Positions 51,689 to 64,000 of a DNA stretch of 64,000 bases are shown in pieces. Position numbers and translations under genes: made by a program. The notes beneath the pieces were generated by a model. It did not search any database, was not told where the DNA came from, and saw only the letters and a list, made by a program, of their open reading frames with translations. The stretch lies in assembly GCF_009834535.1 (NCBI RefSeq), contig NC_045696.1, positions 76,448,001 through 76,512,000 of the forward strand, in the 5' to 3' direction. This DNA is from Camelus ferus. Its lineage: Eukaryota. Within the stretch, counting starts at the first letter, position 1. Each line of letters begins with the position of its first letter.

Positions 51689-52353
51689 TGATACTGAGCA
51701 GGACCCTGTGGGGTCCTCCCTGGTACAAGTCTTCCCATGTTCCCTATTTCTTGTTTGTAATAAATAGGCTTCATTTAGCCTCCTTAACCTTCTCTGATTT
51801 CCAAAGAGCAGATTCAAATAGTTGTTAATCAGGGAAGGAAGGGAATGCAGAAAACAAGGGATGAACGATTAAAAACCAATAGTTCAGCCTAGGGACAGGG
51901 TCTTGGTTACCAAGACTGTTGCCCCCAGGATCATACCCCTGCCCCTCCCTCAAATATAAACCAATTTCTCTTATTTAAGTCTCAGGACACAAAGAGAAGA
52001 AACAAGAACTGATTAGAACCTGCGAAGCCCAAGATGGTGGAGGATTTGACTTCCCGTGGACATTGAGCCTCATTATACAGTCATTGTAACGCATTAGCAT
52101 GCTTAGTGATACACCCACCAGTGCCATGACAGTTGATGATTGCCATGACAACAACCAGAAAAGCCCACTACAGGGTCAAAAAAGAAACGCGATTGGCTTC
52201 AGCATACTCAGATGGAGGACATGATGGTAGAATCTCCCATAAAAGTCCACGTGGCCTGAGCCACGGCTGGGGCTGTCTCTACCAGCCATCTTGGCTGATG
52301 GGCCCCCACGCTAGCACTTCCTTTCCATGCTCGAGCTCTTTTCTTCCTCTTCA
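51689..52353 (+). mobile_element. ERV1-like solo LTR inserted in the old L1
   Basis: Non-L1 block starting TGATACTGAGCAGGACCCTGTGGGG and ending CTTCA. Internal CCCAAGATGG and ACACCCACCAGTGCCATGACAGTT. L1 sequence resumes afterwards. Confidence 0.65.
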
Positions 52354-55090
52354 GAGCACCATTTGGCAGATTGGAATGGAGTTAAACATATATTTACCAT
52401 ATAACCTAGCAATTCCATTCCTTGGTATTTACCCAAGAGATATAAAGCAAATGTCCTACATGAAGACTTGCAAGTAAATGTTCATAGTAGCTTCATTCAT
52501 AATAGCCTTTAATAGGAAAGACCTCAAATGCCTATCATCTGGTAAAGCAATAAACAAATTGTAACATATCCATATAATGGAATAGTACTCAAAAATAAGA
52601 AAGAACAAACTACTGCTATATGTTACAACATGGATGAATCACAGACATCATGGTAAGCAAAAAAAAAGCTAAACATAAAAGACCATGCATTATATGAGTC
52701 TATATGAAGTTACAGAACATGCAAAATTAATCTACAGTGATAAATTTCAGACGAATGTTTGCTTGACAATGGGAGAGTATTGGCGGCCTCAAGGTGCAGG
52801 GAAATTTGGAGGTGATAGACATGTCCTATATACTGATCAGAATAGTGTACATTCAGTACATGAGTAGATGCATTTGTCAAAATCCAGCTAACTACTTAAA
52901 ATATGACTATTTTATTGTATGCACATTATACATCTATAAAGTTCATTTTTTAAAAAGTAAAATCTACCTCAAGAAATCTGCATCTTATAAATGAAAAAAA
53001 TGTGTCTTTGAAATTAAAAGCTCAGTAAGTGGGATAAATATGGAACAGACTCAGTTGAAGATCAAATCAGTGAGCTGAAAGATCAAAAGCAGTGTTTCTT
53101 AACCCAAAAGGACATGGCACTATTACACATTATACAATGGTTGGATATTTCAAATCATTAAAAAGTTCCAGCAGTCATTAACAGGAGTTCTATAAAGAGA
53201 AAATAGAGAGGAAGAATGGGGAATTTTCTAGAAGGAAAATACTATTTCCCAGAGCTGAAGAAAGTCTAAGGGCTTCCTACTATGAGTACCACTGGCTGCA
53301 GAAAAACCAGGACAAATGAAAAAAAAAAATTATGTTAACACCAACAAAAATACTGGTAAAATTTCAGGATTCTCAGGAGAACAAGAAAATTCTGGATTCT
53401 TTTAGACCCAGAACAGTCACAAAGGAAAAAGGATTGATTGGAATCAGATTTTACACTGGCAACACTGATTGTTAGTAAAGTTTTAGTATTCCAAGAAAAA
53501 GTATGATTTGTAGCCTAAAATTTTGAACCAAGTCAAACTAACACTTACTTATGAATTTAGAATATTTAACAGATATTTTCAGATATACAAGAACTCAGAA
53601 AATTCATCCTCCTGAGACTTTCCTGAAATACCTCAGCTCTTTTCACATACTTCCATCTCCACTTGGTTTACTGCTGCCTCTTCTCTCTGCCTCAAGTCTT
53701 ACCCCAGCCTGTACTTTTTTCTCTTTGCAGCTGGGATGATGTTTTTAAAAAGCTTAAAAAGCAAATCTCATCATTGACTCCTCTAGTAAAACCCTTCAGT
53801 GAATTTCTCCACTCATCTCTAGCTACTCTTCTTTCTTTCCAGCTCCTCCTGGTCTCCTGAGAGTCCTTTCTGCTCTTCCGTTTCTCCCTGGGCTATCGTC
53901 TCTGAGTCTCTAGAATAAACCACGTTCCTTCTGATTGACTCCACAGAGAATGTGCATCTCTTGACTCATTTCTCATCTTCCTTCAGGTCTTTCTTAGTCT
54001 GGATGTTATTTCCTCAGAAAAGTGTCCCATGGACCCCACTCCCACCCTTGCTTCTTTCATCAGATTAGGTCTGACTCCTCTGTTACCAGCCCTAACGGCA
54101 CCTGTACTTTTATTTATAATTATGGTAATTGTATTACACAGCTATAACTAATATGTATTTGTATGATGATTTGTTTCATGTCTCTTTTTCCCCAGTAGAC
54201 AGTGAGTCTCACTTCCCCTACAGCTCTGCGGGTGAGAATGCTGTCTGTCCCTAATATTTGTTCTGCATTTCTTTAGTAACAGACTAGATTTTCCAGTCTC
54301 CCCTGGCTGTGTGGCTAAGTTCCAGCTAATGGGGTGTGAGCAGACTTGTGGGTTGTGCTCTTAAAGGGAAATAGATTTGATCTTCACTTCCTCATTTCAC
54401 CTTTCTGCTTGCTTGTAAGCCATCACAAACCTTACTACAGTCAAAACCTTAGGGGACAGAGGATCAATAAGGCAGAAACAAGTCTCCCTGGCTCCACAGG
54501 GGCCACCTCATACCAGTCCTGGAATGATGTTCTTAAACTGTTACGCAAATTAAAAAAAAAAAATACTCCAGATTGGATTATCAGGCCCCAGCCTCCCTCC
54601 TGAGAAATACTACTCCTTCCCCCAAAGAAAGAACTCTAGAATTGCCTCTCATTTCACTTATGATTTCTTGTATGTTTTTTTCCTTTCACTCACTGGGTAC
54701 CATAAATATTTATTATATTCAATGATCTATTTATATAATCTTTCAATTTTTCATTATCCAGTTATCTGGATGCCCTCTATAAGACCCACTGCTTCCACGG
54801 TATCAATCTTAAATTATAATGAGGAAAGAGGATGTAACTGCAAGATACCCTCTATGAGTTATGTTTGGAGTCCTAAATGTGTCCTCACCTCAAGGAGAGA
54901 TAGGATATCCATGCCAAAACAAGCACAATTCAAGTCAGTATGGAAAGGCCTTATTGAATCTTGAGTTTCCAGGGCCATTGGAAAGTCAACCTCACACACA
55001 GATGTGGCAGTCAGTTGTACAGGTGTAAGAATCTATGGATGATGGCAGTAGCCTCTTACTGATCTACCTGCCCCCACCATGAACCTCTCA

Positions 55091-55174
55091 GGGGTGGGGG
55101 TGTAGCTCAGGGATAAAGCACATGCTTAGCATGCACGAGGTCCTGGGTTCAATTCCCAGTACCTCCATTAAAAA
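55091..55174 (+). mobile_element. tRNA-Ala(AGC)-derived SINE (vic-1-like) or tRNA pseudogene
   Basis: GGGGGTGTAGCTCAGGGATAAAGCACATGCTTAGCATGCACGAGGTCCTGGGTTCAATTCCCAGTACCTCCA (55096-55167) closely follows tRNA-Ala(AGC). B-box present, D-loop and anticodon stem mutated, short A tail. Confidence 0.85.
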
Positions 55175-55389
55175 TTTTTTTTGAAATTTTTTGAATTGCA
55201 AAAACAAGTTTAATGACTTTTCTCATTCTCAAAAGAAATACATGTTCACATTAGAAGACAGAGAATACAGGTATGTTTAAAGATAAAGGAAACTCATTCA
55301 TAACCCCATTACCCAGAGGTAAACATGATTATCATTTTGATATTTGTAGTGCCAGACCTTTATTTTCTTTTTTAAAAAAAATTTTGAAC

Positions 55390-55780
55390 AATTTTATTGT
55401 GGTATAATTTCCGTACAGTAAACTATACATATTTCAAATGTACAACTTGATGGATTTTGATAGATGTATACACCTTTGAAACCACCACCACAATCAAGAT
55501 ACCTAACATTTCCATCACTCCCCAAGAGGTGCAAATTTCGAACTCCCAATTTATCCCTTCCCACCCTCTTTACCCCCTGGTAAACATAAGTCTGTGAGTG
55601 TGTCTCTGTTTTATAAATAAGTTCATTTGTGTCTTTTTTTTTTTCCAGATTCCACATATGAGTGATCTCATGCAGCATTTTTCTTTCTTTCTGGCTTACT
55701 TCACTTAAAATGATGATCTCCAGGTCCATCCATGTTGCTGCAAATAGCATTATTTTATTCTTTTTTATGGCTGTGTATGT
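55390..55780 (-). mobile_element. Two adjacent L1 3' fragments
   Basis: ORF 55394-55819 contains the ORF2 C-terminus [29 protein letters not shown]. An older L1M-type tail lies at 55390-55525. Confidence 0.8.
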
Positions 55781-55819
55781 AGTATCATGTAGTTTTTTAA
55801 AATGCGGGGTTTTTTTCAA

Positions 55820-56412
55820 TCTCTGCTAAAACAATCTGTCTAAAATGAAAATCTGTCCCTTTCCCTGCTCAAAATCCTTTATTGGATTTCCATTGCTCTT
55901 GGGATGAACACCAAAATCCTCACTGTGGCTTCTCAGCCTCTTCAGGACCCTCCATCTGCTTCCCTATCTTCCTCATACCTCTCTCTTCCTTGCTTTCCAA
56001 GTGACAGTCACATTTGCTTTTCTTTAGTTCCTTCCAGAGCCCCATCTCCTTCCCCTCGAAGAGACTTTACTCAGGTTGCTCCTTTTGCTTGAAATATTCC
56101 TCCCTCTTTAATACCTCCTACTTTTTAACTGCTACTCCAGTGTCACATTTTAGGGGAAGCAAGCCTTGCCTGAATCTTCGGACTTATTCACATTCCCCAT
56201 TCTATACATCTACACGCGAATACTTTTTCAGAACTTACACTATTGTAATTAATTACTTATTTGTAAGCATATTTGATTCAAGCATATCTCCTTTATTGGC
56301 TGCAGGGCTGGTGAATGCAAGAACCATGTCTATTTTGCACACCAGTGTGTATTTCATGACTTTTGGGGGGACCCAATAAATGTTGATTGAATAAAACGAA
56401 TGAATGAATGAA
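55820..56412 (+). mobile_element. L2 LINE 3' fragment
   Basis: CCCTGCTCAAAATCCTT..TTCCATTGCTCTTGGGAT; ends CAATAAATGTTGATTGAAT..(GAAT)n. Confidence 0.75.
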
Positions 56413-56719
56413 TAAGATATGATTTGTCGGCAAGGGAAAAAAGCATCCCTGCCTATCTTGTCTAACAGCCTGCTGTTAGGCCCTGGAATTCTCTTTATTG
56501 ATTTAATCTAATCTAACATGGATTAAGGGTTTCTGTAATTTGAAGTTGAGACTGCAATATATGCTTATCAGCCTCTATTACCATCTGTAACTACCAACCA
56601 TAAGCAATATGAGAGAATAATGCCCCTGTGGACATTTTAGGCAAACCCCTGTCATGTACATAATCTCCTGGGATGCAAACTCAAGTGTGGCAAGGGGAGG
56701 GAGAGTCTCACAGGAGGGT

Positions 56720-56955
56720 AGGCAGCACGCTGTGGTGGTTATGAGCTCAGACTTTCCAGCCCAACTCTCTAGTTTTGAATCCCTGTCTATTACTCAGAGG
56801 CAGTTTTCCGTTCTCTGTGTACCTCTGTTTTCTCAACTGTAAAATGGAGCTGAATATCGTGTGCCTCACAAGATTACAAGGATTCAGTGAGTTAGTATTA
56901 GTAAAGCACTCGGACGAGGCCTGGCAGAGGACCAGTGCTTGTGTGTAAGTGTTTG
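56720..56955 (+). mobile_element. MIR SINE
   Basis: GTGGTTATGAGCTCAGACT..CTCTGTGTACCTCTGTTTTCTCAACTGTAAAATGG..GTAAAGCACT. Confidence 0.75.
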
Positions 56956-57599
56956 TGGCTGGGAGAGGCTGCTCCAGAGAGAGAAAAACACGTCACTAGT
57001 CACAACAATCAAGTATATATAAATGCAGTTTCAGAGAGCAGATGCTGGGTCTAGCCCTTCTCACCATCCTCAACACACTGCTCTGGGTTAAGGAATTGTG
57101 TCCTGAGGTGTTTCTTGTTACATATAGTTGCTGTCTAGGAACCATCAACAGGGAGCTGTTTCACCAGTCAGTCGTAGCAAGGACAATTCATTTTAATAAA
57201 CAAGGGTTGGAGAGGAGTAGTTCATTTAAACTGGCAAATATCTCCTGAGAATGGCAGAGACTAGCCAGCTGTTCCCCATTACCCATGCTCTTGGCCTCCT
57301 TGGTGCATGGCTGGCCTGCAAGGCGCAGGCCCACTGCATCGAGAAAGGGACCGTGAAGAGCTCTGTTCAGTGGATTGTGAGCAGAGTGATGGGTGGCACT
57401 TTCAGGCCATGGCAGTCAAAAGCAGGTGCTCCACTCTCCTTTACCTGTTACCTGAGGACCTGCTGGAAGACTCTGACACCCTGCGTGGGGCAGAGCACCT
57501 CCCCTAGTTCCAATCCAAGGTTTTTCTTTGTGATGTGTGTTTATGTTGGAGCCTAGGAGTTATTTCAATGGGATTTCTTTACTGAGAAGTTGGATGAAT

Positions 57600-57743
57600 G
57601 GCTTTATATTTAAAACTAGCTTTGCTCTTGAAGGTATAGATTGCTAATTAGACTCTTATGTGAGCAAAAAATAACTTGTATGTGTTAAACCACTGAGACT
57701 TGGGGGCCGTTTGTTATAGCAGTTAGCCTACTCTGACTAACAT
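57600..57743 (+). mobile_element. MLT1 LTR 3' remnant
   Basis: TTGTATGTGTTAAACCACTGAGACTTGGGGGCCGTTTGTTATAGCAG..CTGACTAACA. 5' boundary uncertain. Confidence 0.6.
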
Positions 57744-60700
57744 CCAAGGACTGGGCCGGGCACTCTGATCATTTATGTAATTTACGTAACTCAGTTTCAA
57801 CTGCGGTTTCCATGTCCAGTGTCATCCAGATATGCTGTTCAAGTCTCCAGGCTTCCCTAAGATTACTGGGATGTCTGTGAAGTCGTATTCTTCTGCTCAT
57901 CTCTGGCACTGATCTCTTGGTTCTGCAGAATTAGTTGACCTTACAGGTGCCATTTCTCAAATCCTTTCTTTATCCTGGGCAGCCTCAACTACACATGAAA
58001 TGCATCCTCTGCTCAATTTCCACCCGTCTTACAGACTTTTGTTATTCGGTTGACTTTACTGAGTGTGGGAGTGCAGTGACAGGGCAGGCATTCACTGTGT
58101 ACCTTCCACAGAACCTCACAGACAACAGTGGGTCTTGTCCCCTAAGTCTTTTAACTCTACTCCACTCAATAAGACTACAGGAGATAATCCTCTTCCTCAC
58201 TGGAATCCATTTTTCTTCTCCACCTTCAGCCTTAGACTGCCCTTAATTTGAGAACATCACGTTTTTCTCCCCATTTTATGTACTTCAGCAGTTTTGATTT
58301 AATGAAATTTCCTTCTAAACCCTAACCTGTTCTAGGTCCGTCTTTGCAATGCCAAACCCATTAAGGTCATCTTCAGTGCAAGAGAGTGCTGTGTATTTCA
58401 GGCTCCTTTCACAGAGACGGAAAGAATACAGAGTCGCTCCCACAGGATATCTATTATCTCGTGGGAAAGATGAGACAGATACATAAATAATTAGAAATCA
58501 GAGTGTAATATTACACCTCACCAACCAGGCTACTTTGTTCACACCCCCCGGAATTCTGGGAGAGTGGAGCAAATCTGGCATGGTTCCTCTCCACTCCATC
58601 ACTAACGAAGATCTCAGAGCTTTGGGGGAATTAGAACTTGTTTCTCCTCACAAAAGGGGCAGGACCTTTGGTCCACAGCTTTTTAACTTCATGACAGTCC
58701 TTTCACCACGGAGAGAGAATTAAATCCTAACTCTCCATGTTAACCCCTCAAATAGTAAATTCGGGCTCTAAAGACAATTCTGATTCAAGGCTTCTTTTCG
58801 TCATGTGAGCTTAAATCGGAGACCTAGAGTAATTTTAATGATACGTTCTTTGCTGAAGAGTATTATGAATGGTTTTATGTTTGCCACTAGCTTTCCTATT
58901 GAAGCTACAGATAAATGACTCTCAGTCATAGCAACCTTTGCTACTTCAGTTTTGGGATATTACATTTTAAGTTAAAGTACAAAGCAGAAAACAAGTCAGC
59001 ACCTTAAAAGTCTTCTGGAATCGTTTGATTTCATCATATTACTGATTCTGAGCCAAATGGTTTACTGCATCAGGTGATATAAATTATAGTGCAGAAAGGA
59101 ATACTGAGTGATTATAATCATCCATTACAGGGCTGGAATTTTATAGAAAGCGTTAATTCATTTTCATTGTTAAGTAGCCCCTGAAAATGCTATCATATCA
59201 TAGTTGAATGATACAGATACTATCATAGTAGTATGACCCCTGAATAAAAGGCTCATGTTTTTATTAGAATCTCATGGTTACACATGTCTTAATTGATAAA
59301 TTGAAATAATAAAACTTTGTTCACATTTCTAATGCTTTTAATATTACATCTTTAAGTCTCAAATCCTTGTTTTCTCTTTTGTCCTTTAAACATAAATAGA
59401 TATAATCTTCATTTTACTGGAATCATGAAGAAAAGTTAAATTCCATTACTATTTACTTTTAAAATGTAACATAGACTCTAAGCTTCTTCTCTGAATCACT
59501 GGCTCTATTCCTTTTACATAGGAAATGTAATGATTAATGAGAAATTGAAGTGAGTCAGAAATATTTTATCTACATGTATTTAAGAATGAAAAAAGAAAAT
59601 ACTACATATGATTTCTAAGCCTTCCAAGTTAGCTCCATTGAATTAATGTTCAAAAATAGCTGAAAACAGATCTTAGATGAACCCTGTGTTCTAAATTATT
59701 ATTAGTTGACTGACTGTACCCTTGAGTCGGTATATTATGTTTTACTCTCCCAGAAACAGCTGAATTTCAATAAAGCTTTTATGTTAGCATGTTTCCCATA
59801 GAGACAGAGGGTTGGACCTGCCAACTGCATGTATATTTTTCTAGTGTCTATAAGACTATCTGAAATAAAATCGTAGATTTTTCAGAACTGCAAGTGACTT
59901 TGGACTCTTCAATTGTAATCTAAACAGCCCACTTGCCATTTATCAGATGACATCTGTTTGAACACCAAGTAAACTCTTAATCAGGCTTGCAAAAAAAAAA
60001 TCTCATTTTTTGAAACCAGTATTTAAATAAATTGAACAAGTGGTGAGCTAATAAGAAGTAACCAAAGTGAGATGATTATCTTGGTTTTAATTTGCTTTAA
60101 AAAAAAAATGATTCAAGAGCTTTGTTTTTTTAACCTTGTGCTGTTACACACAAACCGCCTGAGGGGCAGGGAAAAGTGCATGGGGCCCCCCACGTGATGA
60201 GGAGGGAAGCAAACTGGATGAAGGAGCTCCAGCAGGAGAGAGCCCTTGAGCTGTAACCTGGTCTAGTGGGTCCCAGCCTACGAGGCATCCGCATTGGAAG
60301 GAAGCTCTTAGGGAGTTTTTGAAAATGCTGATTCCCAAGTCTTGCCTTAGAGACCTAGATTTAATGGGTATAAGTCAAGACCCTGAAATATCTATGAAAT
60401 TTCTCAGGTAATTCAGATGACCAGTTGACCTGTTGCACTTCATTTTAGTCCAGTTCCCCTTCATTTCAGTCCAGTTCCCCATTTTAGAGTATCTGAAAAT
60501 GGCTTTCACAAAATTAACTAGTCATCAGAATTGAGATTGAAATCCAACTATCCATATCCCATGTATAATAAGGAATTATTGAGTGGTAACCAGAATTGAG
60601 ATGGGAATCCATATCCCATAGATTCCCACATCCATGTCCCTGGGTATTACTGAGTTTGAGGAAGAGGAGAATGAAGGGACCATGGGCTGAACACTGAGAA

Positions 60701-62459
60701 CCAGAGGCCTCGCTCCGTGTTTTTACCTTAGATAGTCCTGGTGTGTGTTTGGACAAATTTGATCTGGCAATTCCACTAGGATTCATTATGATAGTGGAAA
60801 ATTAGGAATAATTTAATTGACCAATAACAGAATATTTGATACATACATCATAGAAGATATTTATTGTACAAGGGAAAATATGTGGCCTTTAACAAAGATG
60901 ATGTAGATACATACTTTGGACATGGAAATACATTCACTATATATGTATATATGTATACATATACATACACAGAAAAAATTTGTGAAGAATATAGATCAAA
61001 ATATTGACAGTGGTTTTTCTCAGTGAGTGGTTTTCTCATAGGAAAGTGAGATCATAGAAGTGTTTTCAAAAGTTTCCTAATCATATGTCACATATTTTGA
61101 CAACCACCACAAATTGATTGCCATCAACACATATACACAACACACTCATACAAATCCAGAGGTTTTATGCATATTATAGTCCAGCGATTAACCAAAATTC
61201 AGACCAGTAAAAGTAGAGATGATGAGGTTACAGGTTTTTTCCTTGACACACTTTTCTGTGGGCTCTTTTTCTGTGTGTCCTGTAAAGCTAAAATGAAATT
61301 ATGCGTAATATGTGTATTTAAATTAATTTTGTATTTATTGAAAATCTGTGTTCTGTGAAGACTCTTCCATAGTTCCTAGCATATAAATGTTAGCATCACA
61401 ATAAATAATAAACAATAAATAATGTTAGTTTCCCTTTCCCTTAGGGATTTGATTGGTGGTTTAGAAGGGGCTATAATAATACAAATGTATAGCAGTTTTT
61501 AAAAGCAGAAAATGAGTGAGATTCTGTAATCAACCTAATATTAGATGTACAGTTCCACCAAAGAGCTTGCCCTCTACTGTGTTTATTAATAATTTAGCTG
61601 TAGTGGTGTACAAAGGAAGTGGTGTGTATTTACAGAGAAAATATTGAAACCTCAGTTGAAGATAAGGTTATACGGTCTAGCAATAAAAATGTGTGCATGC
61701 GTAATATATTACTATCTTTTCCGTGTTGACTGCAGCCCTAGTAAGTCAAAGGTGGTTATTTCCTTCACAAGACAGGTCTGTTACGGAAAGAGCATTTGCT
61801 GATTTCATGATTCTAATCTTGTCTCTGCTGCTGCCACCAGTAATTCTGTGATCTTGGGTAACAGATAAATGTTTAGTTCAGGGTTCAATACAAATATCAC
61901 ACCCTCTATAGAAAGTACCCTTTTAAAATGTGTCTGTCTACATAATTGTAAGCTATTTTTATTTATGTGACATGTATCCATAAGCTAAACATACAAAGTT
62001 CTTATAATATATTCTTAAGCTAAAAAATTTCTGAGTCCATAAACCAGACTTACCACGCTTTAATAGGACATCTAAAAATAGATTATATCTGTGGTTAAGT
62101 CAGATGCCCTGGAACATTAAAAATTAAACATTACAAATAGATGACAGCACTAGGTGCTTTTCATAATCCCTGCTTCCTACTGCTTTAGGACTATACTGCT
62201 AGTTTTCTGCTGGTGAGTACACCATGCTAAGGCACAAGGCAAAATGCTAAGCTGGGGACGTGGTTTGGTTATGCTGGCTCCATGTTTGGAGAGTTTAGCT
62301 CTATACACCCTTGAGGAACCTGGTGTTATCCAGGCTATGTATCCTGTGGTCACAATAGTGGTAATAACTAATATTGTTGAGTGCTTATTGTTTGTCAAAA
62401 ATATTTTATATGCACTAACTCATTTATTCTTTTTTTTCTGTTTTGTTATACTCACTTGT

Positions 62460-62609
62460 TGTTTTATTTTTAACATTCCACACATAAGTGAAACCATACA
62501 GTATTTTTCTTCCTTAGTCTCACTTCACTAAGCATAATACTCCCCAGGTCCATCCATGTTGTTGCAAATGGTGATATTTCATTCTTTTTTATGACTGAGT
62601 AATATTCCA

Positions 62610-62642
<33 letters not shown>

Positions 62643-63020
62643 TATATACCACATCTTCTTTATCCATTCACCTGTCGATTAACACTTAGGTTGCTTCCGT
62701 ATCTTGGCTACAGTAAATAATTCTGCTATGAACATTGGGGTGCATATATCTTTTTCAAATTAGTGTTTTCGTTTTCTTCTTTTAACAGGAAGAAGAAATC
62801 TTATTTATTTATTTTCTAAGTGTCAATTACTATTTTTGGCATTTTTTAAAATTGAAGTATAGTCAGTTTCAATGTGTCAGTTTCTGGTGTACAGCACAAT
62901 GTCCCAGTCATGCATATACATACATATATTCATTTTCATAATAAGTTATTACAAGATATTGAATATAGTTCCCTGAGCTATACAGAAGAAATTTGTGGGG
63001 TTTTTTAAAAATCTATTTTT
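62460..63020 (-). mobile_element. L1 3' fragments, one containing a (TG)14 microsatellite (62613-62640)
   Basis: ORF 62470-62667 contains EYYSVIKKNEISPFATTWMDLGSIMLSEV. A second tail starts TTGAAGTATAGTCAGTTTC at about 62852. Confidence 0.85.
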
Positions 63021-63454
63021 AAACTCACTTACTCTTAATTTTTTTGATAAAGATATAAGGCACTGAAAGGTTAATTAACTTGCCTAAGTTTACTCAGCTA
63101 GTGAGAAGCAGAGGCAGGACTCACACTTAGGGCATTGATTCTGGCACCATACCCTTAACGATTCCATGCACAGCCTCCTCTATGGGATGACTGCCAAGTG
63201 CCATGAGGAGAGAGGCTGGGACTCTTGTATTCTCATTTTATTCACAGTCTGGTTCTGGGTACGTATTCAATAAATATACCTAAATAATGAATAAATGGTA
63301 TTGGTGTTCCTCAATCAGTTGCAAGGTATTTTGCAGCTGCTTTTTTGAATGACAAAAAAAAAAAAAGCAAGCTTCAAAGTGTCAACTTTAAAAAAACAAA
63401 ATAGAGCAGACTCAAGGTTGACTGGAAAATGGTGTTATTCTTTACTCATATGCC

Positions 63455-63800
63455 TTTTAATATTGTAATAAACAAACCCAAATATCTCAGTGGCTTAACA
63501 CATGAGAGTGTTCTTCTAACTGACAGCATGTCCACTATAGGTTGAGCAAGCTGGCAGGGCAGCTGTCCTCCATACAGTGCCTCAGGACGCAGGCTGCTTC
63601 CAGTGCCCCAACATCCCAGGGCAGGGCTCAGAAAAGAAGCTGCAAGGTCAAGCAGTTTACACCTCAGCCTGAAGCGATGTGTAAATGACGTGCCGCTTCC
63701 ACTCAGAAGTTGTTGACCAAAACTGGTTACACAACCCCAACTAACCACATGGGATCTGATCAGTGCTTCTTCTGTATTCTGAGCAGGGAACTGGATATAG
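63455..63800 (-). mobile_element. MLT1 (MaLR) LTR remnant
   Basis: GTAATAAACAAACCCAAATATCTCAGTGGCTTAACAC..TCAGGACGCAGGCTG. Confidence 0.6.
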
Positions 63801-64000
63801 GCAAGCCCTAGTGATGCCCTCCATAGAGAGGAAGGAGTGGGCATTCGGTAGGTGCTGGGATTGCTCATACCATTAGAAAGGTCTGTTGAAATGTGTCACA
63901 CTGACCAGTGTTGCCTTAGGGGTAGGAGAGAAATAAGTGGGAAGGCATCATTAAAAAGGCACAGGGAGAGGATGTTATCGTGTCTCCTTTCTGTTCATGA

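Larger units (their letters stand above)
49365..52950 (+). mobile_element. Old L1M element (5' remnant plus ORF2 3' part and 3'UTR) with two LTR insertions
   Basis: ORF2 remnants AAACTACAAAACACTCTTGAAACAAATTAAAGAAG, TCATGGATTGGAA, CACCATATACAAAAGTTAACTCAAAATGGAT and CAACATGGATGAATC; L1M-type 3'UTR. Confidence 0.8.

Noticed and set aside
55096..55167. Functional tRNA-Ala(AGC) gene
   Set aside because: Altered D-loop/A-box, anticodon-stem mismatch, extra 5' G-run and A tail fit a SINE or pseudogene better.
1..64000. CRISPR arrays, prokaryotic defence systems, rRNA, NUMTs, known miRNA/snoRNA/snRNA genes, processed pseudogenes
   Set aside because: The sequence is mammalian and none of these was recognisable by eye. 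An Rfam/BLAST scan is needed to exclude small RNAs formally.

Overview
Mammalian genomic DNA, probably camelid (inferred from a tRNA-Ala-derived vic-1-like SINE and artiodactyl-type L1 3' ends), and dominated by repeats. I could not recognise any host protein-coding gene. Main contents: (1) a young, near full-length LINE-1 on + (23161-29335) with a perfect 14-bp target-site duplication, no in-frame nonsense codons and only three 1-bp frameshifts; (2) an older full-length LINE-1 on - (about 33592-40429) inside a MaLR LTR, which itself splits the gag region of a fossil ERV-L provirus (about 31650-45230); (3) a CpG island (about 13040-13560) with splice-site-defined candidate exons running away from it on both strands, suggesting a bidirectional, probably non-coding locus; (4) many ancient MIR, L2, L1M, MLT1/MLT2, MER2 and MER81-like fragments. 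Repeat subfamily names come from recall of consensus motifs, not a database search, and boundaries of old elements are approximate. No convincing new biological system is demonstrated. The best leads are the nearly intact L1, the unannotated spliced locus and a foreign insert inside the older L1.
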